From Spirochaetia bacterium (GTDB taxonomy: Bacteria; Spirochaetota; Spirochaetia; DSM-16054; Sediminispirochaetaceae): 64,000 nt of DNA. The translations under genes were made by a program, and so were the position numbers. Positions 19,366 to 30,920 of this stretch are shown in pieces; the stretch's first letter is position 1, and every line of letters starts with the position of its first letter. The stretch spans positions 256,001-320,000 of the forward strand of contig JAXHMY010000003.1 in the NCBI GenBank assembly GCA_034520965.1, in the 5' to 3' direction. The notes under the pieces were generated by a model, which worked only from the letters and a program-made list of their open reading frames with translations, had not been told where the DNA came from and searched no databases.

Positions 19366-21687
19366 ATGAAAAGACACCGATCACTTTTTTTTGCTGTTAT
19401 AGCCATACTCTGTACTGTAGTACCAATATGGTCCATTTCGATTGTTGATACTCCCCTGGGAAATGATTTTTCTCAACTTTTTCCTGAACTCTCCGAGGGA
19501 TACATCGACCTAAACTCAAACGGATCTATGGACCGCCTTGAGGATATGGATGAAAAGGTTTCTGAATCTCTGGTTCAGGATGGGGTTCTGCAAGTGCAGG
19601 AAGTACTGGATTTTATTATTGAACAGTTCCGCTTTTTCCCGGTTGCCAAACTGGAGGAAATTCAAACTGTTTTATCCGAGGCGGAGGGGCAAATTGCCGA
19701 AATAATTGCACTTTCCTACGAAATGCGCATGTCCGAGGTAATTGAACAGAAGCGCGAGTTCGGGGCCGACGACCTATACCTCACCCCCTCTGCCCTGCGC
19801 AGGGCGCACGAGGAAATGTCCGGCTATATCGCAACCATGCTGCATGCATACAAGAAGGAAGAGCAAGAGTATGTGCAGCAGTTCTCCGATGCCCGGGAGA
19901 GCTTGTTTTCAATGATAGAGGCCGGGTATCCCCTGCCTCCAATCGGCACCGAGGACCGCAATTTACTGGTAAGCGCGATGGTTCACACCATTCTTTCCAA
20001 TGGTGAGGAAAACCAGCAGCGAGTCAAGGCGGCTATCAATACCCTCGGACGTATGCAGGCGGAAAGTTCCCTGCCGTATCTGACAAACTTGCTCGACTCC
20101 ACCGCCTATCAGGCCGCAGCGGCCGCGGCGCTTGGCGAGATCGGCAATACCCAGGCCCGGTCTATCCTTATGTCTGCACTCAAAACTTCCGAACCCGGCG
20201 AATACCAGTATTCCCTGATTCGGGCAGTGGGCAAGGTCGGCGGCGAGGAAAGTGCCGAATACCTACTCTCCATACTCCCGGATACTGAGGCCCAAGAGGG
20301 TGAACAAGAGGGCGAAACTGCCGTTCCTGAGAAGAAGGAGGCCACTATCGTAAAATCCCTGGCGGATCTTGCCTCTCAGGGCAGCCGCAACCGTAAAATA
20401 TTCACGGTACTCTCGGACTACCTCTCCCATGAATCTCCGGAAATTCGAGGAGTAGCAGTTGAAGGTATAGCCGGTTTCGGGGCCCGAATGGCTACTAGCG
20501 AACTGCTTCCCCTGCTGAAGGATGAACCGAACGAAAAGGTAAAAATTACCCTGGTTCGCAGCTTAAATGCACTGAACGATGCCTCCACTATCCCCACCTT
20601 CATTAACATATTAGATGAACCCAGCACCTCAAGTACGCTCAAACAAGAGATTATACGGGCGGTGGGGATGAACGATAACGGGTCGCGGGGAGTGCCCTCG
20701 ATTATTACATATCTCAACGATGAAAATCAGGAGGTGCGCACTACAGCCCGGCAGGCCCTGCTTAACCAATACCAACGGGATTCCAAAACCGTTATCTCGA
20801 ACCTAAGCCGCAGTGTGCTGGAGTCGGAGGACAGTCTGTTCCTTGAACAAGCCACCTCGATAATTGCAGAAGTTGCCGATGAGGCGGCGCTTACTACCCT
20901 GCTGAGAATGCTTGAGACCCCGTATCCGGAGGTACTCAAAAACGTAACCTGGGCTTTCTACCGCATACGGCCCCAGGGGAACGCCCGGATTGTAGGTGAA
21001 ATACAGAAACTGGTGACCAGCGAAACTCAACCGGTACAAGTGCGCATCAATGCAGTAAGGGCTCTGGGGGCAATGCGAACCGAGAATGCCCAGCTCGAAG
21101 TTTACAAGACCCTGTTGACCACCCTCAAACTGCGGGCTCCCGAATACTCAATGCTTCGCTACTATGCGATCGATTCTTTGGCCCAGCTCTCCGCAGACCA
21201 GCCGGAAGTGATAGATGCGCTGCTGCAAAGCGCCTCGCCCGGAGAAGAACAGCACCTGCGACTTGCAGCCCTGCAGGCTCTTAGGTCAATTGGCGCCATG
21301 GATGCTGAGGCGGTTAGTACAGTTGCGGGAATGGCAAAACGCAGCAAAAACATCGAAATAATGACCGAGGCGGTACGCCTATTGGGTGATGCCGGATCTG
21401 ACGAAACCGTCGGAATTGCCGGTACTGTTCTTGAAAACACCCAGGACAGTGGAACTTATACTAAAATTGCCTACGCCCTCTCTCGCCTTGAGAATGATGC
21501 AGCGGTGGAGCTGCTGATAGACATGGCCGCCGGATCGGACCAGGAAGGCTTTATCCTGGGACTGCTTAGGGAGGTAAAACCCTCTCTGTTAAGAACTGTC
21601 GTACAACGCCGCCGGCAGACCGAATCGAACCAGGAGGTACAGCAAGTACTGGATAAGCTTGAAACATCGCTAACTACCGGTCTATAA
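19366..21687 (+). CDS. Exported HEAT/PBS-lyase repeat protein
   Basis: Signal peptide; repeated AAxALG / VRxxAxxAL helical repeats; DLNSNGSMD EF-hand-like loop. Confidence 0.8.
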   Translation: MKRHRSLFFAVIAILCTVVPIWSISIVDTPLGNDFSQLFPELSEGYIDLNSNGSMDRLEDMDEKVSESLVQDGVLQVQEVLDFIIEQFRFFPVAKLEEIQTVLSEAEGQIAEIIALSYEMRMSEVIEQKREFGADDLYLTPSALRRAHEEMSGYIATMLHAYKKEEQEYVQQFSDARESLFSMIEAGYPLPPIGTEDRNLLVSAMVHTILSNGEENQQRVKAAINTLGRMQAESSLPYLTNLLDSTAYQAAAAAALGEIGNTQARSILMSALKTSEPGEYQYSLIRAVGKVGGEESAEYLLSILPDTEAQEGEQEGETAVPEKKEATIVKSLADLASQGSRNRKIFTVLSDYLSHESPEIRGVAVEGIAGFGARMATSELLPLLKDEPNEKVKITLVRSLNALNDASTIPTFINILDEPSTSSTLKQEIIRAVGMNDNGSRGVPSIITYLNDENQEVRTTARQALLNQYQRDSKTVISNLSRSVLESEDSLFLEQATSIIAEVADEAALTTLLRMLETPYPEVLKNVTWAFYRIRPQGNARIVGEIQKLVTSETQPVQVRINAVRALGAMRTENAQLEVYKTLLTTLKLRAPEYSMLRYYAIDSLAQLSADQPEVIDALLQSASPGEEQHLRLAALQALRSIGAMDAEAVSTVAGMAKRSKNIEIMTEAVRLLGDAGSDETVGIAGTVLENTQDSGTYTKIAYALSRLENDAAVELLIDMAAGSDQEGFILGLLREVKPSLLRTVVQRRRQTESNQEVQQVLDKLETSLTTGL

Positions 21688-21699
21688 AGTTTTGGTATT

Positions 21700-22926
21700 A
21701 TGGAAAGGGTGATTTTTCATGTAGATATGGATGCCTTCTACGCCGCTGTGGAGCAGCAGGATAATCCTGAACTGCGAGGTACACCGGTTATTATCGGGGC
21801 CCGTCCGGGCACTCGCGGGGTCGTTTCCGCCTGCTCCTACGAGGCCCGTACCTACGGTGTGCGTTCGGCGATGCCCATCTCAGAGGCCTACCGCCGCTGC
21901 CCCCACGGCAATTTTCTTCCCGGCAGGATGGGCCGTTACCAGGAAGTGAGCCGCGGTATAATGTCTATGTTTGAAGAGTTTACACCGGAGATCCAGCAAA
22001 TATCAGTGGATGAGGCATTTTTGAATATGACCGGTACGGAACGGCTGTTCGGCACCCCTGAAGAGGCGGCGGCTCTTATAAAAAGACGGGTCACCCAAAA
22101 CACCGGTCTGATTATTTCTATAGGTATTGCCGCCAACAAGTTCTTAGCCAAACTGGCCTCCGACTATGACAAACCCGACGGTCTTCATAGAGTTCAGGCG
22201 GGACAGGAAGAGCAGTTTATCGACAGCTTGAAACTGGGAGACCTTTGGGGAGTCGGCAAGAAGAGCCTTGAGCGGCTCCACGAATTGAATATCACCACCC
22301 CCCAGGAGCTGCGACAGATAAAAAAGGCATCCCTGTGCCGCTTATTCGGAAAAGCCGGCGGTGAGTATCTTCATCGTGCCGTCCGTGGAATAGATCCGGG
22401 TATTTTACAGCAGGAAACCAAAAGCCAATCAATTTCTGGAGAGGTAACCTTCGAGCAGGATACCCGCGACCCGGAAGTAATAAAACAGGTGATTCTCGAT
22501 CTCTCCCACCAAATCATGTTTCGCCTGTTAAACTCGGAAAAAATCGGTTACACCGTATTTATCAAAGTCCGTTTAAGCGACTTTTCCACCACCACCGCGC
22601 AGAAGCGGCTGCGGCGCCCCCTCTATTCGGCGGAAGAGCTCTTTAGCGTTGCCCACTCACTGCTGCAAAAGCGCTGGAGCCGGCAGCAGGAGATCCGCCT
22701 GATCGGCGTGGGAGTCTCAAGCGTATTCACCGCCGACAAGCAGCCGGAGCAGCAGGAGCTCTTTTCCGACCCCTACGACCGACAAAAAAAAGTGGAAAAA
22801 GTGGTCAACTCTATCCGGTCAAAGGGCAGCCGGATAGAGAAGGCCAGTTTGCTTGATGCGGTACCCGAAATGAAAAAACGCGAAGAGAAGCGGTTCTCCA
22901 GCCGAAGCGACGAAGCTCAAGAATAA
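21700..22926 (+). CDS. dinB: DNA polymerase IV
   Basis: HVDMDAFYAAVEQ, SYEARTYGVRSAM, SVDEAFL, LAKLASDYDKPDG. Confidence 0.96.
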   Translation: MERVIFHVDMDAFYAAVEQQDNPELRGTPVIIGARPGTRGVVSACSYEARTYGVRSAMPISEAYRRCPHGNFLPGRMGRYQEVSRGIMSMFEEFTPEIQQISVDEAFLNMTGTERLFGTPEEAAALIKRRVTQNTGLIISIGIAANKFLAKLASDYDKPDGLHRVQAGQEEQFIDSLKLGDLWGVGKKSLERLHELNITTPQELRQIKKASLCRLFGKAGGEYLHRAVRGIDPGILQQETKSQSISGEVTFEQDTRDPEVIKQVILDLSHQIMFRLLNSEKIGYTVFIKVRLSDFSTTTAQKRLRRPLYSAEELFSVAHSLLQKRWSRQQEIRLIGVGVSSVFTADKQPEQQELFSDPYDRQKKVEKVVNSIRSKGSRIEKASLLDAVPEMKKREEKRFSSRSDEAQE

Positions 22927-22929
22927 ATC

Positions 22930-23841
22930 TTAACCCCACTCAGACAGAAAAGCCTGTGCCTCTTCAAGATTATCTTTTTCGCTGGGCAGTAGTGTATATT
23001 TACCTTTCAGCTCATCCACAATCCATTCCATAATTGCACGTGCCTCTTCCCGGTCGGACATACCCTTCACACCGCTGCGGCTATAGGGTTGAGACTTTGC
23101 AGGATCGAAGGCAGCAGTAAAGTACTTATACCGCTCTACCGGATCACTGGCCTCGGAAAAGTCATCGGCCATTTTACGCGCCTCTTTTTGTCGCTTTCGG
23201 CTGTTCCAATCGCGTTGGTAGAGGTGGTCACCGAGTTTCAGATAGTAGGAGTATTTGGTTTTATCGCCCCGGTAGGCATCTATTGCCCGCCGGCTGTAAG
23301 AAACGGCGTACTCCTTATTTCCAAATGAAATTAGTTTTGGCACCGAAGCATACAGCATGCCCAAGACGTAGAAAGAATCGGCATGGGCGCTGTCGCTGCG
23401 CACGGCCCGTTCAATGTCGTCTCGCATCGGACCGGCTTTCATAAGACTATTTAACACACCCTTGGTCTGGCCCCAGCGCCCAATATTCGAACCCCGCCAA
23501 TAGTAGGCGTGGTGATTATCGTCGTCGTACTCCAGTGCCCGGTTCGCCAGGGCCTCCCCTTTTTCGAACTCTTCAAGCAGTTGGTCTGCGGATGCACCAT
23601 TTCGCTCTGCTTCATCCGCCAAATTAAGGGTAGTGCGTGAGAGACGCCAATACAGTTCCGCCTTTTCAGCATTTGAGCTAACAAGCTGTTCCGCCTTCTT
23701 TAGAACTTCCGCGGCTTCTTGGTGCTGTTCAGCCTTATACAGCTCATCAGCCTGTTCAAATAGTTCGCCGGCACTTGTTTGTGCCCATCCGGCAGCACTG
23801 ATGCACAGCAGCAGCACCATTCCAATACTCAACGTTCGCAT
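22930..23841 (-). CDS. Exported TPR-like helical protein
   Basis: Signal peptide AGWA-Q; helical repeats (AELYWRLSR, HAYYWRG, SFYVLG). Confidence 0.75.
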   Translation of the reverse strand: MRTLSIGMVLLLCISAAGWAQTSAGELFEQADELYKAEQHQEAAEVLKKAEQLVSSNAEKAELYWRLSRTTLNLADEAERNGASADQLLEEFEKGEALANRALEYDDDNHHAYYWRGSNIGRWGQTKGVLNSLMKAGPMRDDIERAVRSDSAHADSFYVLGMLYASVPKLISFGNKEYAVSYSRRAIDAYRGDKTKYSYYLKLGDHLYQRDWNSRKRQKEARKMADDFSEASDPVERYKYFTAAFDPAKSQPYSRSGVKGMSDREEARAIMEWIVDELKGKYTLLPSEKDNLEEAQAFLSEWG

Positions 23842-23852
23842 TCGACGCCTCC

Positions 23853-24383
23853 TTAAATTGTGACAACTTTGTCCGGAGAAATCTCTTCAAGAAAGATTTC
23901 CTGGTAACGGCCTGAATCCTGAGGTACAGGCTGGTCCGGAATATATACCTTTGAAAAAAAATGCAGTACATCCAACATATCGTCCATACTGTTGGTGAGT
24001 GTATAGCGATAGTAGCACTTATACTTGTTTAGAATTTTACGCCAATTCTTATCCATTACCAATTCGGGGTCGGTGTCATGCCTAAGCTTCGACCGTAAAC
24101 CGCCGTACCAGGCCCTGGAAATACACATTCGCCGGATACGTTCGTTCTCGTCCATATAATAAAGCTCAAAAATACCGGCCATCGCCGGCACATGCCTGAC
24201 TATATCAAATTTTTCAGCCTTGCGAAGGGGTGACCAGAAAACCGTGTAGTAGACCTGTCCGGACTCCTCCAGTTTCGCTACATGTGGGGGAACTTTACGC
24301 ATCTTTTCCGGCATATAAACAGCAACTCCTTTGGCCCCATTCTTACCCAGCCGCGCCGATATTGCAAGCCCCTCTGTTTTCAA
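23853..24383 (-). CDS. Hypothetical protein (start uncertain)
   Basis: Co-oriented ORF filling the gap in the zwf operon; SD GGAGG for the next gene follows its stop. Confidence 0.7.
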   Translation of the reverse strand: MKTEGLAISARLGKNGAKGVAVYMPEKMRKVPPHVAKLEESGQVYYTVFWSPLRKAEKFDIVRHVPAMAGIFELYYMDENERIRRMCISRAWYGGLRSKLRHDTDPELVMDKNWRKILNKYKCYYRYTLTNSMDDMLDVLHFFSKVYIPDQPVPQDSGRYQEIFLEEISPDKVVTI

Positions 24384-24410
24384 TTTTCATTTTAGCAATT
24401 CATTCAGTGT

Positions 24411-25928
24411 TCATTCAGTGGTCCAGAAGCGCTCATCCTTTTTAATTAAGGCTTCCGCCCCCTGGGGGCCCCAACTGCCCGGAGGGTAGAACTCAACACA
24501 CTTACACTCCTCCCACCAGGATACAAAGGGGTCGGCAAACTCCCAGGCAGCCTCGACTCCGTCCTGTCGTACAAACAGGGACTGGTCGCCGGCTAGACAA
24601 TCCCGCAGGAGCCTCTCATAGGCCGATACGTAGGTTCTGTCAAAGTAATCGCTGTACTTAAAATCCATATTGACGGGAACAATCAAATTGCTTGATTCCG
24701 GGTATTTTACCCCAAGGAGAAAGCTGATCTTCTCCTCGGGCTGAATAGTCAGCACCAGCCGGGAGGCATCCAGGGGTTTGCAATCGTCCCGGAATAGTTT
24801 AAGCGGAGGCTGGCGAAAGCGAATTACCACCTCGGTCACCCGTCGCGGCAGCCGCTTGCCCGTTCTTACATAAAAGGGAACTCCCGCCCATCGCCAGTTG
24901 TCGATATGCAGCTTAGCTGCAAAGTAGGTGGGCATAGTGCTTTTTGGGTCAACGTTTACCTCTTCCCGATAACTCTTTACCTGTTCGCCGTGCAGCTCCC
25001 CGCCGCGGTACTGACCTGCCACAGAGACATCCCCTACATCCTGGTACGCTGTTGGGCGGAGGGAACGCATTACCTTTACCTTTTCATCGCGAACCTGTTT
25101 GGAGTTAAACTCCGCCGGGGGCTCCATTGCAATTAAGGCAAGTACCTGCAGCATGTGGTTTTGAAAAATATCACGGATGACTCCGGTTTTCTCGTAAAAC
25201 CGACCTCGTCGGCTTACGCCGATATCTTCCGCTACGGTAATCTGAACACTGTCGATGAAATTACTGTTCCAAAGGGGCTCAAACACACTGTTAGAAAAAC
25301 GAAAAAAGATAATATTCTGAACCGTCTCTTTCCCTAGGTAATGATCCATACGAAACACCTGATCTTCACGAAAAGCACGATTCACCGTCCTGTTCAACTC
25401 CAGTGCGGTAGCCAAGTTTTTTCCAAAGGGCTTCTCAATGATAATCCGGCTCCCCTCACCCGCAGTCGGCAGTTTTGAATCGGCTATTTGCGAGATAACC
25501 TGCTGATACAAAGAACTGGGTATCGAAAGATAATACAGCACGTCCATCTGATACTTGTTGCTTTTTACACGCACCAGCTGCTCCAACTGGTTGTAATGCT
25601 CCTCCTGTTCAAAATGGCCGTACGAGAATGAGAGATGAGATAAAAAGTCTTTAATGTGCTGTGTTTCCGGAGTTCCTACCTCGTCGGAGGCTTCTATGCT
25701 CTCCTTCACCAGCTTACGGTAGGTTTCATCCGTCAAATCCTGACGGCCAAAACCGATAATTTCAAAATTGTCCGGCAAGTTACCCCGCTGGTGCATAGAG
25801 AAAAGAGTCGGCAGCAGCTTCCGAAGGGACAAGTCCCCCGCCCCGCCAAATATGACAAACACGAAATCCGTTATGTGTGCGAAATCTGAACTGATATCGC
25901 ACTGCTGCAGTTGTTGCCCCTCACTCAT
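24411..25928 (-). CDS. zwf: Glucose-6-phosphate 1-dehydrogenase
   Basis: [40 protein letters not shown]. Confidence 0.96.
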   Translation of the reverse strand: MSEGQQLQQCDISSDFAHITDFVFVIFGGAGDLSLRKLLPTLFSMHQRGNLPDNFEIIGFGRQDLTDETYRKLVKESIEASDEVGTPETQHIKDFLSHLSFSYGHFEQEEHYNQLEQLVRVKSNKYQMDVLYYLSIPSSLYQQVISQIADSKLPTAGEGSRIIIEKPFGKNLATALELNRTVNRAFREDQVFRMDHYLGKETVQNIIFFRFSNSVFEPLWNSNFIDSVQITVAEDIGVSRRGRFYEKTGVIRDIFQNHMLQVLALIAMEPPAEFNSKQVRDEKVKVMRSLRPTAYQDVGDVSVAGQYRGGELHGEQVKSYREEVNVDPKSTMPTYFAAKLHIDNWRWAGVPFYVRTGKRLPRRVTEVVIRFRQPPLKLFRDDCKPLDASRLVLTIQPEEKISFLLGVKYPESSNLIVPVNMDFKYSDYFDRTYVSAYERLLRDCLAGDQSLFVRQDGVEAAWEFADPFVSWWEECKCVEFYPPGSWGPQGAEALIKKDERFWTTE

Positions 25929-26568
25929 AATATGTCTCTGAAGATTCAATTATTACACGCTTTTCACGTAAGTCGGCCAACCGCTGTTCAGCAAAACCGG
26001 CGGGAACATCCACCGGTCGGCTCAAGTCCTCCATTAGTATAGTCATATATCCTAAGCGCCGGGCATCCAGGGCGGTAAAATACACACACCAGTCCAAGGC
26101 CAGCCCCACTAGATACACCTGTTTTATTTCAAACTCCTGCAAATACCCGTGCAGTCCGGTAGGGGTGGTGCCGTCATTTTCAAAGAAGGCGGAGTATGAA
26201 TCAAGCCCCACTTGCGCGCCCTTATGCAGAATAAGATCCAGAAACCTTTGATCCAGCTCAGGATGCAGAGCCGCGCCTTCACTACCGGCCAAGCAGTGCA
26301 CCGGCCACAGGTTCTGCTGCAGTCCGTCGGCTTCCACCACTTCATACTCTTTGTGACCTTCATGCTCCTGGGCAAAGGATACATGATGCGGAGGATGCCA
26401 GTCGGCGGTTGCCACAACTTTATGAAATAGACTGCGCTGCGGCTCAACCTTGCTCTGAAGCAAGGTATTAATTGGGCTTATTATTTCATCTCCTCTGGCA
26501 ACGGCCATCGAACCGCCGGGGCAAAAATCATTTTGCACATCGACAATAATCAAAGCGCTTTTACTCAT
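25921..26568 (-). CDS. pncA: Nicotinamidase/pyrazinamidase
   Basis: [34 protein letters not shown]. Confidence 0.93.
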   Translation of the reverse strand: MSKSALIIVDVQNDFCPGGSMAVARGDEIISPINTLLQSKVEPQRSLFHKVVATADWHPPHHVSFAQEHEGHKEYEVVEADGLQQNLWPVHCLAGSEGAALHPELDQRFLDLILHKGAQVGLDSYSAFFENDGTTPTGLHGYLQEFEIKQVYLVGLALDWCVYFTALDARRLGYMTILMEDLSRPVDVPAGFAEQRLADLREKRVIIESSETYYE

Positions 26569-26586
26569 GTTATTATCCCTCCTCAT

Positions 26587-26973
26587 TCACTCTTGTTTAG
26601 AACCCAGCATGGCGGTAATTTTCCCGATTAGCGCTTTTTCGGTAATCGGCTTATGGATAACCCCATCCATCCCGTGCTGCATTAGTTCATCAATTAGTTT
26701 TTTCTCTGCATAGGCGGTCAACCCTAATATAGCAGTCGGGCTTCGCTCCTGTTTCTGTTCTATGGAGCGTATTTCTGCTGCAGCACGCTTCCCATCCATA
26801 ACCGGCATTTTAACATCTAAAATGATTATATCAAACTCATGTTTCTCCACCAGATCAACGGCTGCCTGCCCGTTGGAAGCCTCGTCGACTATCCATCCGT
26901 TAGTGGTTAAAATAGTTTTTATAAACAACCGGTTAATTCCCTCATCATCAGCTATCAATATCCGTGTACTCAT
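26587..26973 (-). CDS. Stand-alone response regulator receiver
   Basis: IADDE, LDVKMPVMDG, LTA, KP. Confidence 0.9.
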   Translation of the reverse strand: MSTRILIADDEGINRLFIKTILTTNGWIVDEASNGQAAVDLVEKHEFDIIILDVKMPVMDGKRAAAEIRSIEQKQERSPTAILGLTAYAEKKLIDELMQHGMDGVIHKPITEKALIGKITAMLGSKQE

Positions 26974-27145
26974 ACCATAACTATAAGAGATGATTTTTAC
27001 CTACGCTATACTTAAACTCTTATTAATGTGCTCACCTGCACCTTATGACCGCTACATTAATTACTTTTTTTGTAATGTTTACCCAAATTAGCTCTTTGCG
27101 ACAGTCCTCAGATATTGTATAGTGGGAATTGAAAGGATGTACACA

Positions 27146-28384
27146 ATGAATAAGATCAATATACCTGCCGTAAGGGCAGATTTTCCGGTTCTCTCATCCC
27201 AGATGAAGGGTCATCCCCTCGCCTATTTTGATAACGGGGCCACAGGTCTCACACCGCTGCCGGTAATCAACGCAATCGAAAACTATTACCGCAACTCCTC
27301 ATGCAATATCCATCGAGGAATCTACGAGTTGAGCGAGCAGACCACAGAGCAGTTCGAATCAAGTCGTGCCCACATAGCGGCTTTTCTCAATGCAGCCTCG
27401 GAGGAAGAGATTGTCTTTACCCATGGCGCCACCGAATCGATCAACACCGTAGCCTACGGCTGGGGGGATCAACACATTCAAGCGGGTGACGAGATTGTTA
27501 TTACCGAGATGGAGCATCATGCCAACCTGGTTCCCTGGCAGCAGCTGGCCGCAAGAAAATCAGCTCACCTGAAATTTATTCCAATCGACCCAAAAACAGG
27601 GCTCCTGCAGCTGGACAACCTTGAGCAGATTCTTACACCGAAAACAAAACTGTTGGCTGTAAGCGGGATGTCCAATGTAACCGGGGTAGAGAATCCGCTG
27701 CCGCGGCTGATAGAAGCGGCCCGGGCTGTAGATGCACTCGTGCTGATCGATGCCGCACAGTACGTGGTTCATGCAGAGGTGGATGTACAGAAACTCGATG
27801 TCGACTTTTTAGTATTCTCCGGACATAAACTGTATGGACCAACGGGAATTGGTGTACTTTATGGAAAGCGGGAAGTTCTGGAAAGCATGTCTCCGTTCAT
27901 CAGCGGCGGAGATATGATTTTAGATGTCAAAAAGGAACATAGTACTTTTCGTGAGCCCCCGTATCTTCTTGAAGCCGGAACTCCCAATATTGCCGGAGCT
28001 CTGGGGCTCTCGGCGGCAATTACCTATATCAATGGTATAGGCATGTCTGCAATTCAGGATCGAGAGAAAACACTGATGGAGTACGCCCTGCAGCGGGCAG
28101 AAGGGATAGACGGAATGCATGTGTACGGTCCCCTCGATACCTCGCAGCAAGGATCTGTTCTCTCCTTTACCATCGACGAAATACACCCCCACGACCTGGG
28201 TACGGTACTCAACGAACATGGGGTAGCGGTGCGAGCCGGTTTTCACTGCGCCCAGCCCTATGTAGAAGCAATGGGCAGCCATGGAACCGTTCGAGCTACT
28301 TTTTCCTTTTACAATACTGAAGAGGAGATTGACCGGCTTTTTGTAGCAATATCAAAGGGAATTCAACTGTTTAAAAATTTTTAG
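27146..28384 (+). CDS. sufS: SufS-type cysteine desulfurase
   Basis: YFDNGAT, EHHAN, FSGHKLYGPTGIG, EAGTPN, RAGFHCA (group II). Confidence 0.92.
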   Translation: MNKINIPAVRADFPVLSSQMKGHPLAYFDNGATGLTPLPVINAIENYYRNSSCNIHRGIYELSEQTTEQFESSRAHIAAFLNAASEEEIVFTHGATESINTVAYGWGDQHIQAGDEIVITEMEHHANLVPWQQLAARKSAHLKFIPIDPKTGLLQLDNLEQILTPKTKLLAVSGMSNVTGVENPLPRLIEAARAVDALVLIDAAQYVVHAEVDVQKLDVDFLVFSGHKLYGPTGIGVLYGKREVLESMSPFISGGDMILDVKKEHSTFREPPYLLEAGTPNIAGALGLSAAITYINGIGMSAIQDREKTLMEYALQRAEGIDGMHVYGPLDTSQQGSVLSFTIDEIHPHDLGTVLNEHGVAVRAGFHCAQPYVEAMGSHGTVRATFSFYNTEEEIDRLFVAISKGIQLFKNF

Positions 28385-29482
28385 CACAAGCGGCGGGCTG
28401 GGAAGGTTTACCTCCCGGGTGCCCGCCGACTGCTTAGCTGCACATTCAGGAGGAAACAGGTTCTCCATGAAAAACAGCAGCAGAAAACAGAGAGCCCCTG
28501 CAACCAGGGGAGTAGTAGCCCAGCCGGCACCTATTTTAGCCAACAGTTTGTAGCGTATATTCTGCATTCCACGAGCAAAACCGATACCAACCACAGAGCC
28601 AACTACCGCCTGCGAGCTCGATATGGGCACTAACGGCAGGGCCGGCAGTCCCGATTGTACCAGCCAGTCATGCAGCCCCTCTGAGGCAAATAAAAACAGG
28701 ACTATCCCGGAGGAGAGCACCACAATAAAGGCAGTAATGGGAGAAAGCTTAAAAATATCCGACCCTACAGTCTCCATAACCCGCTTAGAATAGGTAAAAA
28801 TTCCGGCTGAAATAGCCATCCCTCCTAATAAAAACAGCATCTGCGCTCCACTAAACTCCAAACCGGCCAAAACAGTTATATCCGGAAACGGACTGATCGG
28901 CACAAAGACTCCCATTACGTTACCGATATTGTTAGCCCCCAGGCTGTACGCTCCAAAGGCCCCACTAATGATAAGAGCTATCCGGGTATACAGGTCTCTT
29001 CGCATAATATGGATACTGAGATGCTTGATAAGAAAACGAATAAAATAAAACAGAATAAAGCCGATCACCGCCGCTATGATCGGGCTAAGCACCCAGCTTG
29101 TAAGAATATCGATAAGGACAGTATAATCCACCGCATGGCCGGCATATATATTCCATCCCAGAATACCACCCACAACAGCCTGACTGGTTGATACCGGCAG
29201 ACTAGCACGGGTCATAAAGAACACACTCAAAGCCGCCGCAAGAGTTACGGTAAACGCACCGGGAAGAGCGGTAATCGCCCCCAAACGTCCCAGAGTTCCC
29301 GCCGCTCCGGCTCCCGCATACACCGCCCCCGCTATCACGGCGATGCTGGAAATAGCTGCGGCAAGGGTAAAGCGCACCATCCTGGTCGCAACGGCGGTAC
29401 CAAAGACATTGGCTGCATCATTGGCCCCGAGCGACCATCCCAGAAACAGGCCGCCGGACAGAAATAACAAGAGCGATCCCAA
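28352..29482 (-). CDS. PiT-family inorganic phosphate transporter (3' end probably frameshifted)
   Basis: GANDAANVFG, PVSTSQ, GANNIGN, PISSSQ. Confidence 0.92.
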   Translation of the reverse strand: MGSLLLFLSGGLFLGWSLGANDAANVFGTAVATRMVRFTLAAAISSIAVIAGAVYAGAGAAGTLGRLGAITALPGAFTVTLAAALSVFFMTRASLPVSTSQAVVGGILGWNIYAGHAVDYTVLIDILTSWVLSPIIAAVIGFILFYFIRFLIKHLSIHIMRRDLYTRIALIISGAFGAYSLGANNIGNVMGVFVPISPFPDITVLAGLEFSGAQMLFLLGGMAISAGIFTYSKRVMETVGSDIFKLSPITAFIVVLSSGIVLFLFASEGLHDWLVQSGLPALPLVPISSSQAVVGSVVGIGFARGMQNIRYKLLAKIGAGWATTPLVAGALCFLLLFFMENLFPPECAAKQSAGTREVNLPSPPLVLKIFKQLNSL

Positions 29483-29530
29483 AGCAGCCTCCCGATAAAA
29501 AAAACGATTAAAGGATTACCGATTAAAAAA

Positions 29531-30181
29531 TCAGAGGCTGCGTTTTACCGCAGCCACAGAAATACGCTCGCACACGGCCTGTGATTCATCCGATAAACTG
29601 GCTACATAAGTGGCAAAATCGCGAATATGCATGCGCTCGGCAAGCGTCGGCAGTTCTTCGGAGGAAAAAACCTTCCGCTTAATCAGCTCTTCTATCTTAT
29701 CCGCCTCATGTTCGTAGAAATACACTTTGTGTACATAATCATTGATAATCTCGCTGTCCCTAAAAAAGGCTCTGGCAGCTTTCACCGTAAAATCGAGGGC
29801 ATTTTGAGAAGTCATTACCAGCTCTTGAAAATCCTTCTTTAGATCCTCCGATATACTGGGCCGCTCAATATCAATCTGAAATACGACTTTTTTGGTTGTA
29901 TCGATTACATTATCGATGTTTTCCAATACGTTCAGCACGTCACCCCTGGATTCAGGAATGAGCATCTTAGAGTACAATTTATGGCGAATCTCACGGCGCA
30001 GCACATCGGAGTCGGATTCCAGTTCGGCAATCTCATCGATACGAGCATGAAATTTCTTTTCTTCACCTTCCAGATATTCCCGCAGTGCTAAGCCGAATAA
30101 CAGCCCAGCCTTCGAAATATTATCGAGAAAGTTGTCGATATCTGCTATCAAATATGCGGTTTGCTTGAATAATTTGCCCAT
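29531..30181 (-). CDS. DUF47 / PhoU-like phosphate transport regulator
   Basis: LESDSDVLRR and YEHEADKIE duplicated motifs; adjacent to PiT. Confidence 0.88.
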   Translation of the reverse strand: MGKLFKQTAYLIADIDNFLDNISKAGLLFGLALREYLEGEEKKFHARIDEIAELESDSDVLRREIRHKLYSKMLIPESRGDVLNVLENIDNVIDTTKKVVFQIDIERPSISEDLKKDFQELVMTSQNALDFTVKAARAFFRDSEIINDYVHKVYFYEHEADKIEELIKRKVFSSEELPTLAERMHIRDFATYVASLSDESQAVCERISVAAVKRSL

Positions 30182-30363
30182 CACACACCCTCCGCCATCT
30201 TTATTCTGAAGGCCAAAATACCAGTTTATCCCAGGTAATACTGGTTTGACAAGAATAGATTGAAGCAAAAGATTGACACACGACACATGAGTAGCGGCGA
30301 TGTTCTTTATTTAAACATTTAAGTATGCTATTATTGGCCTCAATATCCAGAAAGGGAGATATT

Positions 30364-30903
30364 ATGAATATTTGCGTTTTTTGTTCTTCTAGCGACTCGA
30401 CTCCATTCATATACAAAATTGCCGCCGAAGAATTGGGGCAGCAGATAGCCACCCGCGGACACAGCCTTGTATTTGGCGGAGGCAATGTAGGTCTGATGCG
30501 TGAGGTTGCCCAGTCTGCATTGCAGTCCGGTGGAAAGGTTATTGGTGTGATTCCGGAATATTTACGTTCGAAGGAACAGCGGTTTGACAAAGTGGACGAG
30601 CTCATCATTACAGACACCATACACGAGCGGAAGGCATTGATGATAGAAAAAGCCGATGCCTTTATCGTTCTACCCGGCGGATGGGGCACGATGGAAGAAT
30701 TCTTTGAAATCGCCGCCGCAAAATTTCGAGATAACGACCCGCGAACAATTGCCATGCTGAACACTGCCGGCTTTTACAACCAACTGTTCGCTTTCTTTAA
30801 TTTCCTGTCCCATGAAACTTTCCTTAGCCCCCAATGGCGTGACTCTTTTTATATAAGTGAAAAAGTGTGCGATATACTTGATTATATCGAGAACAACAGC
30901 TGA
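30364..30903 (+). CDS. LOG family (TIGR00730-like) nucleotide phosphoribohydrolase
   Basis: ICVFCSS, GGGNVGLM, ERK, PGGWGTMEE. Confidence 0.9.
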   Translation: MNICVFCSSSDSTPFIYKIAAEELGQQIATRGHSLVFGGGNVGLMREVAQSALQSGGKVIGVIPEYLRSKEQRFDKVDELIITDTIHERKALMIEKADAFIVLPGGWGTMEEFFEIAAAKFRDNDPRTIAMLNTAGFYNQLFAFFNFLSHETFLSPQWRDSFYISEKVCDILDYIENNS

Positions 30904-30920
30904 ACATACTGGAGCACAAA

